Shown here: positions 17,672-26,878 of the stretch, one piece after another
Layout: every line of letters begins with the position of its first letter
Numbering within the stretch: position 1 is the first letter of the stretch
Origin: Deltaproteobacteria bacterium
Lineage (GTDB): Bacteria > Myxococcota_A > UBA9160 > SMWR01
Length of the DNA stretch: 64,000 bases
Direction: 5' to 3'
Assembly: GCA_032128115.1 (NCBI GenBank)
Contig: JAQBHB010000041.1
Span: forward strand, 27,753 to 91,752
Notes under the pieces: model-generated
Database searches by the model: none
What the model saw: only the letters and a program-made list of their open reading frames with translations
Told to the model about the DNA's origin: nothing
Program-made: the position numbers and the translations under genes

Positions 17672-20600
17672 ATGGGCCATCCGTTCGGATTCCCCTGGCA
17701 CCTGGTCGTGGACGTCCGGAGGCGCGAGCGCTCGCGGTTCCTGTTCTTCGCGGGCCTGGCCGCTCTCGTGAGTGCCGCCCAGACCCTGGGGCTGGTGGGA
17801 TCGGAAGCCCTCTTCCTGTCCCGCTTCGGAGCCGTCCGACTCCCCGAGGCCTTTATCGCCGCCGCTTCCGTCACGGTGGTGGGCACCTTCGGATACGCCA
17901 CCGCCGTGGGCCGCCTGCGCAACGACGGACTCTTCCTCCAGATGGCACTGGGCTCGGCGGTCCTGCTGGTGGGAGCGGCCTGGGTCGCCGACGCGTCGCC
18001 GGACCTCGTGCTCCCGGCGCTCTTCTGCTTCTACTATCTGTCCCAGGCGATCTTCATGAACCACTTCTTCACCTTCGCCGGCGACTACTTCGACACCGCC
18101 AGCAGCAAACGCCTGTTCCCGCGCTTCACGATCGCCGCGAGCCTGGGCAGTGCAGTGGGCGCGGGACTGGCGGTGGCGGTGGCGCGATTCAGCGACCCGC
18201 TGCTGCTCATCGGCGCGTGGGGGGCGGGGTTGGGAGTGGGCGCCCTGCTGCTTCGCCTGGGTCGGCGACCCCTGCGACGCTGGGGCCCGCTGGAACTCGA
18301 GGAGGCGGACGAGACGTCCGTCGAAGGCATGCAGGGAGCGGTGCGTTTCCTGCGCGCCACTTCTCTCGGCCGGACCCTCGCGCTGTCGGCCGCCGGGATG
18401 GTGCTGGCGCTCTTCGTCGCCCAGTACCTGTACTCGGGTGTCTTCGTGGAGCGGTTTCGCGAACCGAGCCGCCTGGCCACATTCCTGGGGCTCTACCTGC
18501 TGATCACCAACGCGGTCGAGATCGTCATCGGCTTCGGGTTGACGCCCCGGTTGATCCGGCGCCTGGGTGTGCCCAGCGCCAACCTGGTGCATCCGGTTCT
18601 CAGCTTGCTGAGCTTCGTCGGCCTGGGCTTCCAATACGGCTACGCCAGTGCGGTGGCCGCGCGCGTGAACCGCGAGATGGTCGACAACTCCATGGGGTTC
18701 CCGATCCGGTCGTTGGTGATCAACGCCCTGCCCCTGCGTTTTCGCGGCCGGGTGCGCGCGTTTCTCGAGGGCGTGGTGGTGTACGTGGGCATGGCGGCGG
18801 CGGGACTGCTGCTTCTGGTGCTTGGCGACCCGGACCCGCAGCTGCTGTGTCTGGCCGGGGGCGCCGCCGCCCTGGTCTTCCTGGCTGCCAACGTGCGGGT
18901 ACGCCGCGAGTACGTGCTCGCCCTGGATGGCGCCATGCGCAGGGGTCAGCTGGACATCGAAGAGGTGAGCGACGAGCTCGGCCGCTGGGAGGCCTCGCGC
19001 CTGGCGGATCTGTGGGAGGCGCTGCTGGCCGACACCGAGGGCGGGGCCATGGAGCCCCTGCTGAAGCTGGTGCCCAGCCTGGCCGCCCGCGGCATCCACG
19101 CGCCGCTGGTTCGCGCCGCCTCGCATCCGAACCCCGGCGTGCGCAGGGCCTGCCTCGAAGCCCTGGCGACCCACGCCCGCGATGAAACCGGGGGCACCCT
19201 GGCCCTGGCCCTGGACGACCCGGACGCAGAGGTGCGGATCACAGCCCTGCGCGGACTCGCGGCCCTCCAGAGCGCCGAGAGCTTCCTGGCCCCGCGGCTG
19301 CGCGAACTGGTGAGCGATCCCGACCCGCGGGTGCGCGCCGAGGCGGCGCTCCAGACCGGCGACAAGGGCCTGGCGGCGCTGGCCGCGCAGATCGGATCGG
19401 ACGATCCGCTGGCCGCCACATCGGCGCTACGGGTGGCCCCCGCCGAGCTGCTTCACGCCGTGCTCCGCCGGGTACACGACACACACCCGGGGGTGCGTTC
19501 GGCGGCCCTGGAGCGAACCGCCGTCATTTCCGAGCGAGCTCCCCTTTCCGGCGATGCCCTCGGCGAATTGCTGCAGGATCCCGACGCCCGCGTGCGGCGG
19601 GCGGGCGCGATCCTGGTGGCCACCTTTCCCGGCGGCGACGCCGCCGCCCGACTGGCGGACGCCCTGGCGGACATCGCGCCCCCGGTCCGGCTCGAATGCC
19701 AGCGCGCTCTCTGCGCCATGGGCGACGCGGGGGTTGCGGCGGTCCGGCCGCTGCTCCGCTGCGAACGCGAGCGCCTGATCGAAGCCGCGCTTCCGATCCT
19801 GGCCGCCGCCCCGGGCGCGAGTCAGGAGCTCGGGCGCGAGCTGCACTGGCGGGTTCGCGAGCTGTGGATCGACGTGGTGGCCCATCAGCACCTGCCCCGC
19901 GGCGAGGACCTGGCCTCGCGCTTTCTGCTCGTCGCTTATCGCGACGCCATCGCGCGTCACGAGAGACTCACGTTCAAGATCCTCGAGTTTCTGGTCGGGG
20001 CGCCGTTGATCCGACGGGTGGAACGCGCGCTGCGCTTCGGCTCGCCCCGTGCACGCGGCGACGCCCTGGAGGTGCTCTCGAACCTGGGCGATCGCGGCTC
20101 GGCATCGCTTCTGGCACTGCTGCACGAGGCGGGTCCACTCGATGAGCGGACCGCCCAGGCTTCGAAGCTGTTGGAGCTACCCGCCGACACGGCGCAGGTG
20201 CTGGAGCGTTCCCGTCGCAGCCAGTCGCATTGGATCCGGTTGGCGGCGAACGCCCTTTTCGACGACGATTTCGAGCCCCGGGAGGTGGATGTCATGGAGA
20301 GACTTCTGGCCCTGCGACGCGTACCGCTGTTCGCCACGCTGAGCCTCGAGCAGCTGGAGGCCCTGCAGCGGATCGCGAAGGAAGTGGAATACCTGCGGGG
20401 CGAAATCATCTGCCGCGAAGGCGAACCCGGCAGCGAACTGTTCGTGGTGATGGACGGGGACGTACGGATCGTGAAGAGTCATGGTGAGCCCGACGAAACT
20501 CCCCTCACCTTGTACCGAGCGGGAGGCTATTTCGGCGAGATGGCGATCTTCGGGGGCGAACGGCGGACCGCCACCGCCAGGGCCGAAGAGACGTCGCGGG

Positions 20601-20725
20601 TTCTGAGCATCGATGGTCGCAGTCTCAAGGAGCTGATCCTCCAGATGCCGGAAATCTCCTTCGAGATCTTCCGCGAGCTGACACAGCGGGTACGAAAGGC
20701 CGAAGAACGAAGCACCCAGCGCTGA
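17672..20725 (+). CDS. MFS/nucleotide-transporter-like membrane domain + HEAT repeats + C-terminal cyclic-nucleotide-binding domain
   Basis: 1017 aa. The first ~400 aa is polytopic. The middle has HEAT-like repeats (HPNPGVRRACLEAL, DDPDAEVRITALRGL, SDPDPRVRAEAA, DPDARVRRAGA). The C-terminal cNMP-binding fold includes VPLFATLSLEQLEAL, GEPGSELFVVMDGDVRI, GGYFGEMAIFGGERRTATARA. Confidence 0.85.
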   Translation: MGHPFGFPWHLVVDVRRRERSRFLFFAGLAALVSAAQTLGLVGSEALFLSRFGAVRLPEAFIAAASVTVVGTFGYATAVGRLRNDGLFLQMALGSAVLLVGAAWVADASPDLVLPALFCFYYLSQAIFMNHFFTFAGDYFDTASSKRLFPRFTIAASLGSAVGAGLAVAVARFSDPLLLIGAWGAGLGVGALLLRLGRRPLRRWGPLELEEADETSVEGMQGAVRFLRATSLGRTLALSAAGMVLALFVAQYLYSGVFVERFREPSRLATFLGLYLLITNAVEIVIGFGLTPRLIRRLGVPSANLVHPVLSLLSFVGLGFQYGYASAVAARVNREMVDNSMGFPIRSLVINALPLRFRGRVRAFLEGVVVYVGMAAAGLLLLVLGDPDPQLLCLAGGAAALVFLAANVRVRREYVLALDGAMRRGQLDIEEVSDELGRWEASRLADLWEALLADTEGGAMEPLLKLVPSLAARGIHAPLVRAASHPNPGVRRACLEALATHARDETGGTLALALDDPDAEVRITALRGLAALQSAESFLAPRLRELVSDPDPRVRAEAALQTGDKGLAALAAQIGSDDPLAATSALRVAPAELLHAVLRRVHDTHPGVRSAALERTAVISERAPLSGDALGELLQDPDARVRRAGAILVATFPGGDAAARLADALADIAPPVRLECQRALCAMGDAGVAAVRPLLRCERERLIEAALPILAAAPGASQELGRELHWRVRELWIDVVAHQHLPRGEDLASRFLLVAYRDAIARHERLTFKILEFLVGAPLIRRVERALRFGSPRARGDALEVLSNLGDRGSASLLALLHEAGPLDERTAQASKLLELPADTAQVLERSRRSQSHWIRLAANALFDDDFEPREVDVMERLLALRRVPLFATLSLEQLEALQRIAKEVEYLRGEIICREGEPGSELFVVMDGDVRIVKSHGEPDETPLTLYRAGGYFGEMAIFGGERRTATARAEETSRVLSIDGRSLKELILQMPEISFEIFRELTQRVRKAEERSTQR

Positions 20726-20735
20726 CTTGCGCCTT

Positions 20736-20770
20736 CCCCCCCTGCGGCCCATCCTTCCGGGCCGGGGGGG
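20736..20770 (+). terminator. GC-only stem-loop downstream of the cNMP-binding gene
   Basis: C7-tgc-GGCCC pairs with GGGCC-G7 around the loop atccttcc. It starts 11 nt after the stop. The T-tract is weak (attcgtt). Confidence 0.35.
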
Positions 20771-20782
20771 GATTCGTTCCAG

Positions 20783-21238
20783 GTGATCACCACCGTGATG
20801 TCCGCGGTGATCGGCGCCGAACGCGATCGCGTGTGGCGTGCGCTCACCGTGCCCGACGAGATGATCCGCTGGGACGCGCGGATGGTCGCCATTCTCGACT
20901 CGCCAGAGGGTTACCCCCGGATCGGCGAGAAGGTCCGCTGGCGCTACCGCCTGGGAAAGATTCCGATCATCCTCACCGAACGGCCCCTGGAGGTTGCGCC
21001 CGGCGAGCGGCTGCGGGCCGCGATCACGCTGGGACTCATCCGCTTCGAAGAGACGTACACCCTGGACCTGGAAAATGACGCGGCGCGGCAAACCCGGCTC
21101 ACGCTCAAGCTCTGCGCCAAGAGCGAGGTTCCCATGATGGGTGGAGTGGTGGACCGCTTCGACGTGCGACGCATGGCCACGGAGCTGATCGACGAACGCC
21201 TGCGGTCGGTCCAGAAATGGTGCGAGGAGCAGCCCTGA
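20783..21238 (+). CDS. SRPBCC (AHSA1/START-like) domain protein
   Basis: 151 aa. The N-terminus is typical of the family (IGAERDRVWRALTVPDEMIRWD). GTG start. Confidence 0.65.
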   Translation: MITTVMSAVIGAERDRVWRALTVPDEMIRWDARMVAILDSPEGYPRIGEKVRWRYRLGKIPIILTERPLEVAPGERLRAAITLGLIRFEETYTLDLENDAARQTRLTLKLCAKSEVPMMGGVVDRFDVRRMATELIDERLRSVQKWCEEQP

Positions 21239-21260
21239 CGCCCCGCCCGGGGCCCGCTAC

Positions 21261-22562
21261 TCAGATGTGAAGCTCCTCCAGGACCCAGCGGCGCGGGTCC
21301 TCGAAGCGGCTCCGCGCCAGGGGCGAAAGGTCGAGATCTTCGAAGCGGCCGCTCGCGATCAGCGACGCCATGGCGCGCGCCACCCCGTACGATTGCATCA
21401 CGCCGCGCCCCGTGAACGAGTGGGCTTCGTACAGGTTCGCGAAACCGTCCACCCGCCCGGCGATTCCGCTGCGATCCGGGGTCACTGCGTACAGACCCGA
21501 CCACCCGCGCACGTGGCCGCAGCGCTCGAACGAGCTGCAGCGGTGGGCCAGGCGCGGCCAGATCTGCGCCTCGAAGAATTCGTCGCCGTCGTAATCAAAG
21601 TCGAAGCCCGGCGCCTCGTCGGGTGTGGAGTAGCCGGCCAGGATGTAAGGCCCCTCCGGGTGGAAGTAGAGCCCGCTGGGATCCACCAGCATCCCCAGGC
21701 CTTCGAGCGACACACCCGGGGCCAGGTCGCCGCGATGCACGTCCACCAGCGAGATCTGTCGTCGCACCGGCTGGGTGGCATCGGTAACGCCCACTTTCGC
21801 CGAGAACATGCCCGACCAGGCCCCCAGGCAATTGACCACCACGTCGCATTCCATGCGGACCTCGCCCACGACGGCATCCGGCGGCACGCGATGGGTCACG
21901 AGGATTTCGCGCACGGTTCCCGGTTCGTCCGAGGGGCTGCCGCGCGCCACCTCGATCACGTCCACGGCCTGCACCCGCCGCAAGCTGCCGGCGGCGCCTG
22001 CGGCTCGACTCGTCGACACGCCGCCCACGTAGTGGCGATTGAGAAAGCGCACCCCGAGCCGTTCAGCCTCCGCCCGATACCAGGCGCGTACCGCGTTGGG
22101 GTTCACGAGGCCGTCTCGCGGCGAGAATGTGGCTCCGATGATCTCGTCCATGGCGCGATCCAGCAGTGGAAAACGCTTGCGCACCTCCACGGGCGTCAGG
22201 ATCTCGACGCCAAGGCCTCGAGCGTTCTGGGTGTGCCTTATTTCCAGGGCCCGCTCGTACAGCGCAGGGTCCGAGTAGAGCCACAGATAGCCCTGCGCGC
22301 GGAAGCCGAACTCTTCGTGGTGGTCGTGAAAGAAGTCCAGAGTCTCGCGACAGCTCTCGATGTTGACCGGCTGCCACCAGGTGGCGCGCGCCCCACCCGC
22401 GTTGAGTTCGGACGAGGCGTAGACTCCGGCGAGATCGAGGTCGAGGACGGTAACGCCATCGATTCCGCGGCTCGCCAGGGCCCACGCCAGGCTGGTCCCG
22501 ACGATACCGCCACCCACGATCAGGACGTCGGCCCGCTCCCCCACGAATTCAGGGTAGGGCAC
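21261..22562 (-). CDS. FAD-dependent oxidoreductase (DAO / glycine-sarcosine oxidase-like)
   Basis: The N-terminal dinucleotide fold is ADVLIVGGGIVGTSLAWALASRG. At 433 aa the length fits the DAO family. Confidence 0.8.
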   Translation of the reverse strand: MPYPEFVGERADVLIVGGGIVGTSLAWALASRGIDGVTVLDLDLAGVYASSELNAGGARATWWQPVNIESCRETLDFFHDHHEEFGFRAQGYLWLYSDPALYERALEIRHTQNARGLGVEILTPVEVRKRFPLLDRAMDEIIGATFSPRDGLVNPNAVRAWYRAEAERLGVRFLNRHYVGGVSTSRAAGAAGSLRRVQAVDVIEVARGSPSDEPGTVREILVTHRVPPDAVVGEVRMECDVVVNCLGAWSGMFSAKVGVTDATQPVRRQISLVDVHRGDLAPGVSLEGLGMLVDPSGLYFHPEGPYILAGYSTPDEAPGFDFDYDGDEFFEAQIWPRLAHRCSSFERCGHVRGWSGLYAVTPDRSGIAGRVDGFANLYEAHSFTGRGVMQSYGVARAMASLIASGRFEDLDLSPLARSRFEDPRRWVLEELHI

Positions 22563-22575
22563 CCGATCCGGGCCT

Positions 22576-23550
22576 TCACTGGCCCGGTCGCGATGGCGGA
22601 TCGCCGAGCACCCGGGTGTTCGGGTGGAAGGCCTTCCATGCGAACCAGTACGACTCGGTCACCTGCATGTCGTCCGGCACCTCCCAGCTGAAGACCGCGT
22701 TGTCCGGGTCGTAGCGAACGCGGACCGCACGTCCCTCGAACTCGAGTTCGAGGTTGCCACCGGCCTGCATGACCGCCGTGTCGAGAATCGCCGCCGCCAC
22801 ACCGTCTGCAACCAGCCCCACCACCAGTCGCTTCGGGTGATAGCGATCATCTTCGGCGTTCACCGGAAACGGAATCGAATCGCGGATCATGTATTGGGTG
22901 AACGGACTGTAACGATAATCGATGTGATACTTCTCCGGTCGCGCCAGCACCTTCGAGTCCGGGTGCGCCTCGGCCCAGGCACCCGCCACGTGCTGGACCA
23001 CCCGGATCGCCTCGAGCTTCCTGCCCGCCAGGGGACCGGCAATGGCCCGGCCCTCGAACTGCGACCACAGGCTCTCGGACTGTCGGTCGTACATCAGGAA
23101 GCCGGAATTGTAGAGGAGCCCCGACACCCCGAAAGTGAGCGCGCTGCCATCCAGTTCGCGCTTGAAGACCCGTGGTGTCGCCGTCAGGGGATCGTAGGTG
23201 ACGGCGATGGGCACGCCGCCAACCGCGTCGTTCACGATCTGGTGGTACTCGAGCAGGTGCACCGGATAGGCACGAGCCTCACCGCCCAGATGCACGCCGA
23301 GAACCGGCGTGTCGTCGGCCACCCAGGTGGCGTCTTCCAGGGTCGCAAACTCCGGCTCGTCGACGCTGCGGATGCCGTCGCGCCCGGGCCCCCCGGCCAC
23401 GATCGACCCGGAGGCGACCAGCGGGCCCTCGATCTGGAAGCCGTAGTTCTTCGGGGCGCTTCCCGTCGGGGCGTCCGCGTCGTCGGCGCTCGCGTGGACA
23501 CCAAGCGCCGAAACCACGGCTAACGCCAATACGAGCCTGAACTCCCGCAC
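22576..23550 (-). CDS. DUF3179-like secreted protein
   Basis: A signal peptide (LVLALAVVSALGVHASA) is followed by a GRDGIRSVDEPEF motif, as I recall for DUF3179. The start is ambiguous: GTG at 23550 or ATG at 23622. Confidence 0.6.
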   Translation of the reverse strand: MREFRLVLALAVVSALGVHASADDADAPTGSAPKNYGFQIEGPLVASGSIVAGGPGRDGIRSVDEPEFATLEDATWVADDTPVLGVHLGGEARAYPVHLLEYHQIVNDAVGGVPIAVTYDPLTATPRVFKRELDGSALTFGVSGLLYNSGFLMYDRQSESLWSQFEGRAIAGPLAGRKLEAIRVVQHVAGAWAEAHPDSKVLARPEKYHIDYRYSPFTQYMIRDSIPFPVNAEDDRYHPKRLVVGLVADGVAAAILDTAVMQAGGNLELEFEGRAVRVRYDPDNAVFSWEVPDDMQVTESYWFAWKAFHPNTRVLGDPPSRPGQ

Positions 23551-23702
23551 GGGGCAATGGTAGTGCTCCCCGTGCCACCTTCCCCTGGGTTCCCCCGGGG
23601 GGGCCTCTCCGGGCCGGGACACCCGCTCGCATCAAGAGCTAGCTGCGTGTTGACGATAGAAAGACCACACCCGCGCGTATCGGGGATTGGAGCATCGAAG
23701 CG

Positions 23703-24731
23703 ATGAGCAACAGCCCCGAAGAGCCGCTGCCCGAGCCGGTCGAGCGCAATCGGCTCTACGCCGAGCTCGAAATCCTGTTCGACACGGTCCGCGACCTGGC
23801 CTCGACGCTTTCGAGTCACGAGGTCGTGGAGCGCCTGATCGAGCGCACGCTCAAGCACATGAACTCGGAGATCGCCTCGGTGCTGCTGACCGATGCCGAT
23901 GGCGTTCTGCGCATCGCGCACGCCCGTGGACTTCCGGATGACGTGATCGCAAGCGTGCAGATGAGGGTGGGCGAGGGCATCGCCGGGCACGTGGTGGCCA
24001 CCGGCGAGCCGCTTCTCATAACGGATGTGGAAAAGGACGAGCGCTTCCGCCGCCCCAACCGCGAGCGCTACAACACGACCTCCTGCGTCGTCGCGCCCCT
24101 GATCCTACAGGGCCAGGTGCGCGGCGTGATCAACGTGAACAACCGCAAGGACGGAAAGTCGTTCTGCGAAGCCGACCTGCGTCTGCTCCAGGCCATCGCC
24201 GGCCACGCGGCCGTGGCACTCGGCAACGCCCGCCGATTCGAAGAGATGGAGAAGCGGGCCCAGCGTGATGCGCTCACCAATCTGGCGAACCACGGGTTCT
24301 TCTGGTCGACGCTCGACGCCGAAGTGAAGCGCGCCAGCCGCCACGAGCGCCAGCTTTCGCTGGCCATGATCGACGTGGACCACTTCAAGGCGTACAACGA
24401 TCGGTTCGGACATCCCCAGGGCGACTCGGCGCTGGTCTCGGTAGCCCGGGTGATCTCGGGAGCCAGCCGCGCCCACGACCTGCCGGCGCGCTATGGCGGC
24501 GAGGAGTTCGCCGTGATCCTGCCGGAGACCGCGATCGACGGCGCGGCGACCTTCGGCGAGAAGATCCGCGCCTCGATGGAGTCTCTCAAAGAGAACGGCC
24601 TGACGGTGAGTGTGGGCATCGCGTGCCTGGACCAGACCGACGGCAACGCCACCAGCCTGGTGGAGAAGGCCGACGCCGAGCTCTACAAGGCCAAGGACGC
24701 CGGACGCAACCGCGTCTGCGTCGCGGACTGA
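23703..24731 (+). CDS. GAF-GGDEF diguanylate cyclase
   Basis: The GAF-like N-terminal half (GEGIAGHVVATGEPLLITD) is followed by a GGDEF domain (IDVDHFKAYNDRFGHPQGD, RYGGEEF, ADAELYKAKDAGRNRV). Confidence 0.9.
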   Translation: MSNSPEEPLPEPVERNRLYAELEILFDTVRDLASTLSSHEVVERLIERTLKHMNSEIASVLLTDADGVLRIAHARGLPDDVIASVQMRVGEGIAGHVVATGEPLLITDVEKDERFRRPNRERYNTTSCVVAPLILQGQVRGVINVNNRKDGKSFCEADLRLLQAIAGHAAVALGNARRFEEMEKRAQRDALTNLANHGFFWSTLDAEVKRASRHERQLSLAMIDVDHFKAYNDRFGHPQGDSALVSVARVISGASRAHDLPARYGGEEFAVILPETAIDGAATFGEKIRASMESLKENGLTVSVGIACLDQTDGNATSLVEKADAELYKAKDAGRNRVCVAD

Positions 24732-24779
24732 TTCAAGAGAACCCCGGTCAGGGCTGATTCAGGAGAACCCCGGTCAGGC
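24728..24779. repeat. 26-bp x2 tandem duplication spanning two convergent stop codons
   Basis: CTGATTCAAGAGAACCCCGGTCAGGG is followed by CTGATTCAGGAGAACCCCGGTCAGGC (24/26 identical). Copy 1 contains the TGA of the GGDEF gene (24729-31). Copy 2 contains the TCA stop of the minus-strand hydratase gene (24774-76). Confidence 0.9.
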
Positions 24780-25553
24780 CAGGTTGGAGAAGTCCGGCTT
24801 TCGCTTCTCGAAGAAGGCGCGGATGGCCTCCACGTTCTCGGGCGAGCCCACCCGCACCCGGAAACCGTCGTCCTCGCGTGCACGGGCGGCGCGCACCGCC
24901 TCGAGCCGGGGCTCGAGCATCAACTGCTTGGTGTGGCGCAGGGATCCCAGGGGGTGCTCTGCGATTCGGGCCGCGAGACCCCGCAGGGCCGGCAGCAACT
25001 CTTCCGGAGGCAGCTCGCGAGCGGCCAGTCCCGTGGCCACCGCCCGACTCGAGTCCACCCAGTCGGCCGTGAAGAAGATTTCGGCCGCGTTCTGCCAACC
25101 CACCATGTGGGGAAGAAGCAGGCTGCTCGCCGCCTCCGGCACCACTCCCAGCGACACGAAGGGCACCTTCAGACGCGCGCCCACCGCGATGTAGACGATG
25201 TCGCAGTGCAGCAGGATCGTGAGGCCGAAGCCCACGCCCACGCCGTTCACCGCCGCCAACAGTGGCTTGTCGAAGGCGATCAGGTCGTCGATGCAGGAGG
25301 CGAACGGGTGATCGGTGTCTCCGCCCCCACCCGGCGGCGCCGACATCTCTCCCAGATCCTGGCCCGCGGTGAAGGCCCCGGGCGAGCCGGTCACGATCAC
25401 GACCCGCACGTCGTCGTCCTTCTTCGCGTCGGCCATGGCGTCTCGCAGCTCGCGCCACTGTTGGCTGTTAAAGGCGTTCCGCGCCTCGGGCCGGTTGAAG
25501 ATCAGGGTGCGGACCCCGTTGTCGGTCTCCTCGAGAATGGTCTCCCGCTTCAC
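24774..25553 (-). CDS. Enoyl-CoA hydratase/isomerase (crotonase) family protein
   Basis: The GTG at 25553 overlaps the upstream stop (GTGA). Crotonase-like sequence includes RTLIFNRPEARNAFN, VRVVIVTGSPGAFTAGQDL and AAVNGVGVGFGLT. Confidence 0.85.
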   Translation of the reverse strand: MKRETILEETDNGVRTLIFNRPEARNAFNSQQWRELRDAMADAKKDDDVRVVIVTGSPGAFTAGQDLGEMSAPPGGGGDTDHPFASCIDDLIAFDKPLLAAVNGVGVGFGLTILLHCDIVYIAVGARLKVPFVSLGVVPEAASSLLLPHMVGWQNAAEIFFTADWVDSSRAVATGLAARELPPEELLPALRGLAARIAEHPLGSLRHTKQLMLEPRLEAVRAARAREDDGFRVRVGSPENVEAIRAFFEKRKPDFSNLA

Positions 25554-26875
25554 GATGCATCTCCCTTGCGATTCAATTCCGCCGAAACACTCTCTCGCAC
25601 GATCGCGAGCAATGCCTCCAGGTCGTCGTCGGGAATGTTGAGAGAAGGCGCCACGTAGACCACGTTGCCAAGCGGACGCAGGTAGGCGCCGCGCCGGCGC
25701 GCCTCTTCGTACACGCGCCACCCCGCCCGATCCAGGTAGCCGGAGTCGCCAGCCAGGTCCAGGGCGCCGATCATCCCCAGCGAACGCGCGGACGCAACGC
25801 CTGGCATCTCGCCCATCTCGTGAAATGCTCGAGCGATTCGTTCGGCCTTGGGTTTCGCACGCTCTAGAACCTGTTCATCCTCGTAGACCCGAAGCACCTC
25901 GAGTGCCACGGCGGCGCCCAGCGGGTGGCCGCAGAAGGTGTGCCCGTAGTAGAAGGCGCGATCCTCGTCGCCGGTGAAGCCCTCGAAGACTCGCGGCGTC
26001 GCGAGGGTCGCGGCCATCGGCAGCATGCCGGCGGTGAAGCCCTTGGCGATGCACAACACGTCCGGCGAGACACCGGCGTGATCGCAGCCCCACATGGGGC
26101 CCGTGCGCCCGTAGCCCGTGGCCACCTCGTCGAAGACCAGGAGCACGTCGAAGCGATCGCAGAGATCTCGAGCGAAGCGCAGATAGGCCGGGTCGTAGAA
26201 ACGCATGCCCGATGCGCCCTGCACCACGGGTTCCAGCACCAGCGCCGCCAGCGTGTCGGCGTGGGCGCAAAGGGTCTGCTCCAGGGCGTCGACACAGGCC
26301 TGCAGGCTTCCCGGCTCCCGGGGCGGAGGCACGTGCTCGGCGCCTGGCACCGCCCCGGCGAACGGCCGGCGGAAGAGTTCCACACCCCCCAGGGCCGTTG
26401 CGCCCAGGGTCTCGCCGTGGAATGCCTCCTCCAGCGATACGAACCGGGTGCGCTCGGGCCTGCCGTTCTGGTGCCAGAACTGGAGGGCCAGCTTCATGGC
26501 CACCTCGACGGCGGTGGAGCCGTCGTCGCTGTAGAAGACGTGCTCGAGGCCGTCGGGTGCGACCTGGCAGATTGCCTCGGCCAGGTCGGCAGCGGGAGCG
26601 TGGGTGATGCCGCCCAGGGCCGTATGACACAACGTCTGCGACTGGCGCCGCAACGCTTCCAGCAGCCGCGGGTGACCGTGACCCAGCGCGCTCGACCACC
26701 ACGACGCGTTGGCGTCGATGTAGCTGCGGCCCTCCACGTCGAACAGGCGCGACCCCTGGGCGCGAGCAACCACCAGCGGCTCCGTGTGGGCCCGGTAGTT
26801 CGCCATCTCCGTATACGGGTGCCACACCCGACGTTTGTCGAGTGCGACGATGCGGTCGCGCTCCCGGGCCAGCAA
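25550..26875 (-). CDS. bioA: Adenosylmethionine-8-amino-7-oxononanoate aminotransferase-like class III aminotransferase
   Basis: BioA-like hallmarks are VWHPYTEM, SWWSSALGHGHP, YSDDGSTAVEVAMK and DEVATGYGRTGPMWGCDHAGVSPDVLCIAKGFTAG. Confidence 0.8.
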   Translation of the reverse strand: MLARERDRIVALDKRRVWHPYTEMANYRAHTEPLVVARAQGSRLFDVEGRSYIDANASWWSSALGHGHPRLLEALRRQSQTLCHTALGGITHAPAADLAEAICQVAPDGLEHVFYSDDGSTAVEVAMKLALQFWHQNGRPERTRFVSLEEAFHGETLGATALGGVELFRRPFAGAVPGAEHVPPPREPGSLQACVDALEQTLCAHADTLAALVLEPVVQGASGMRFYDPAYLRFARDLCDRFDVLLVFDEVATGYGRTGPMWGCDHAGVSPDVLCIAKGFTAGMLPMAATLATPRVFEGFTGDEDRAFYYGHTFCGHPLGAAVALEVLRVYEDEQVLERAKPKAERIARAFHEMGEMPGVASARSLGMIGALDLAGDSGYLDRAGWRVYEEARRRGAYLRPLGNVVYVAPSLNIPDDDLEALLAIVRESVSAELNRKGDAS

Positions 26876-26878
26876 CGG

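Noticed and set aside
11176-20725. Interpretation as a Pycsar/CBASS-like antiphage system (a cyclase plus a membrane effector with a cNMP-binding domain)
   Set aside because: The cyclase is a large STAND/TPR signalling protein of a type common in chromosomal signalling. The putative effector is a 1017-aa transporter-like/HEAT protein, not a small TM or TIR effector. No other defence or mobile genes flank the block. A defence role cannot be supported from sequence alone.
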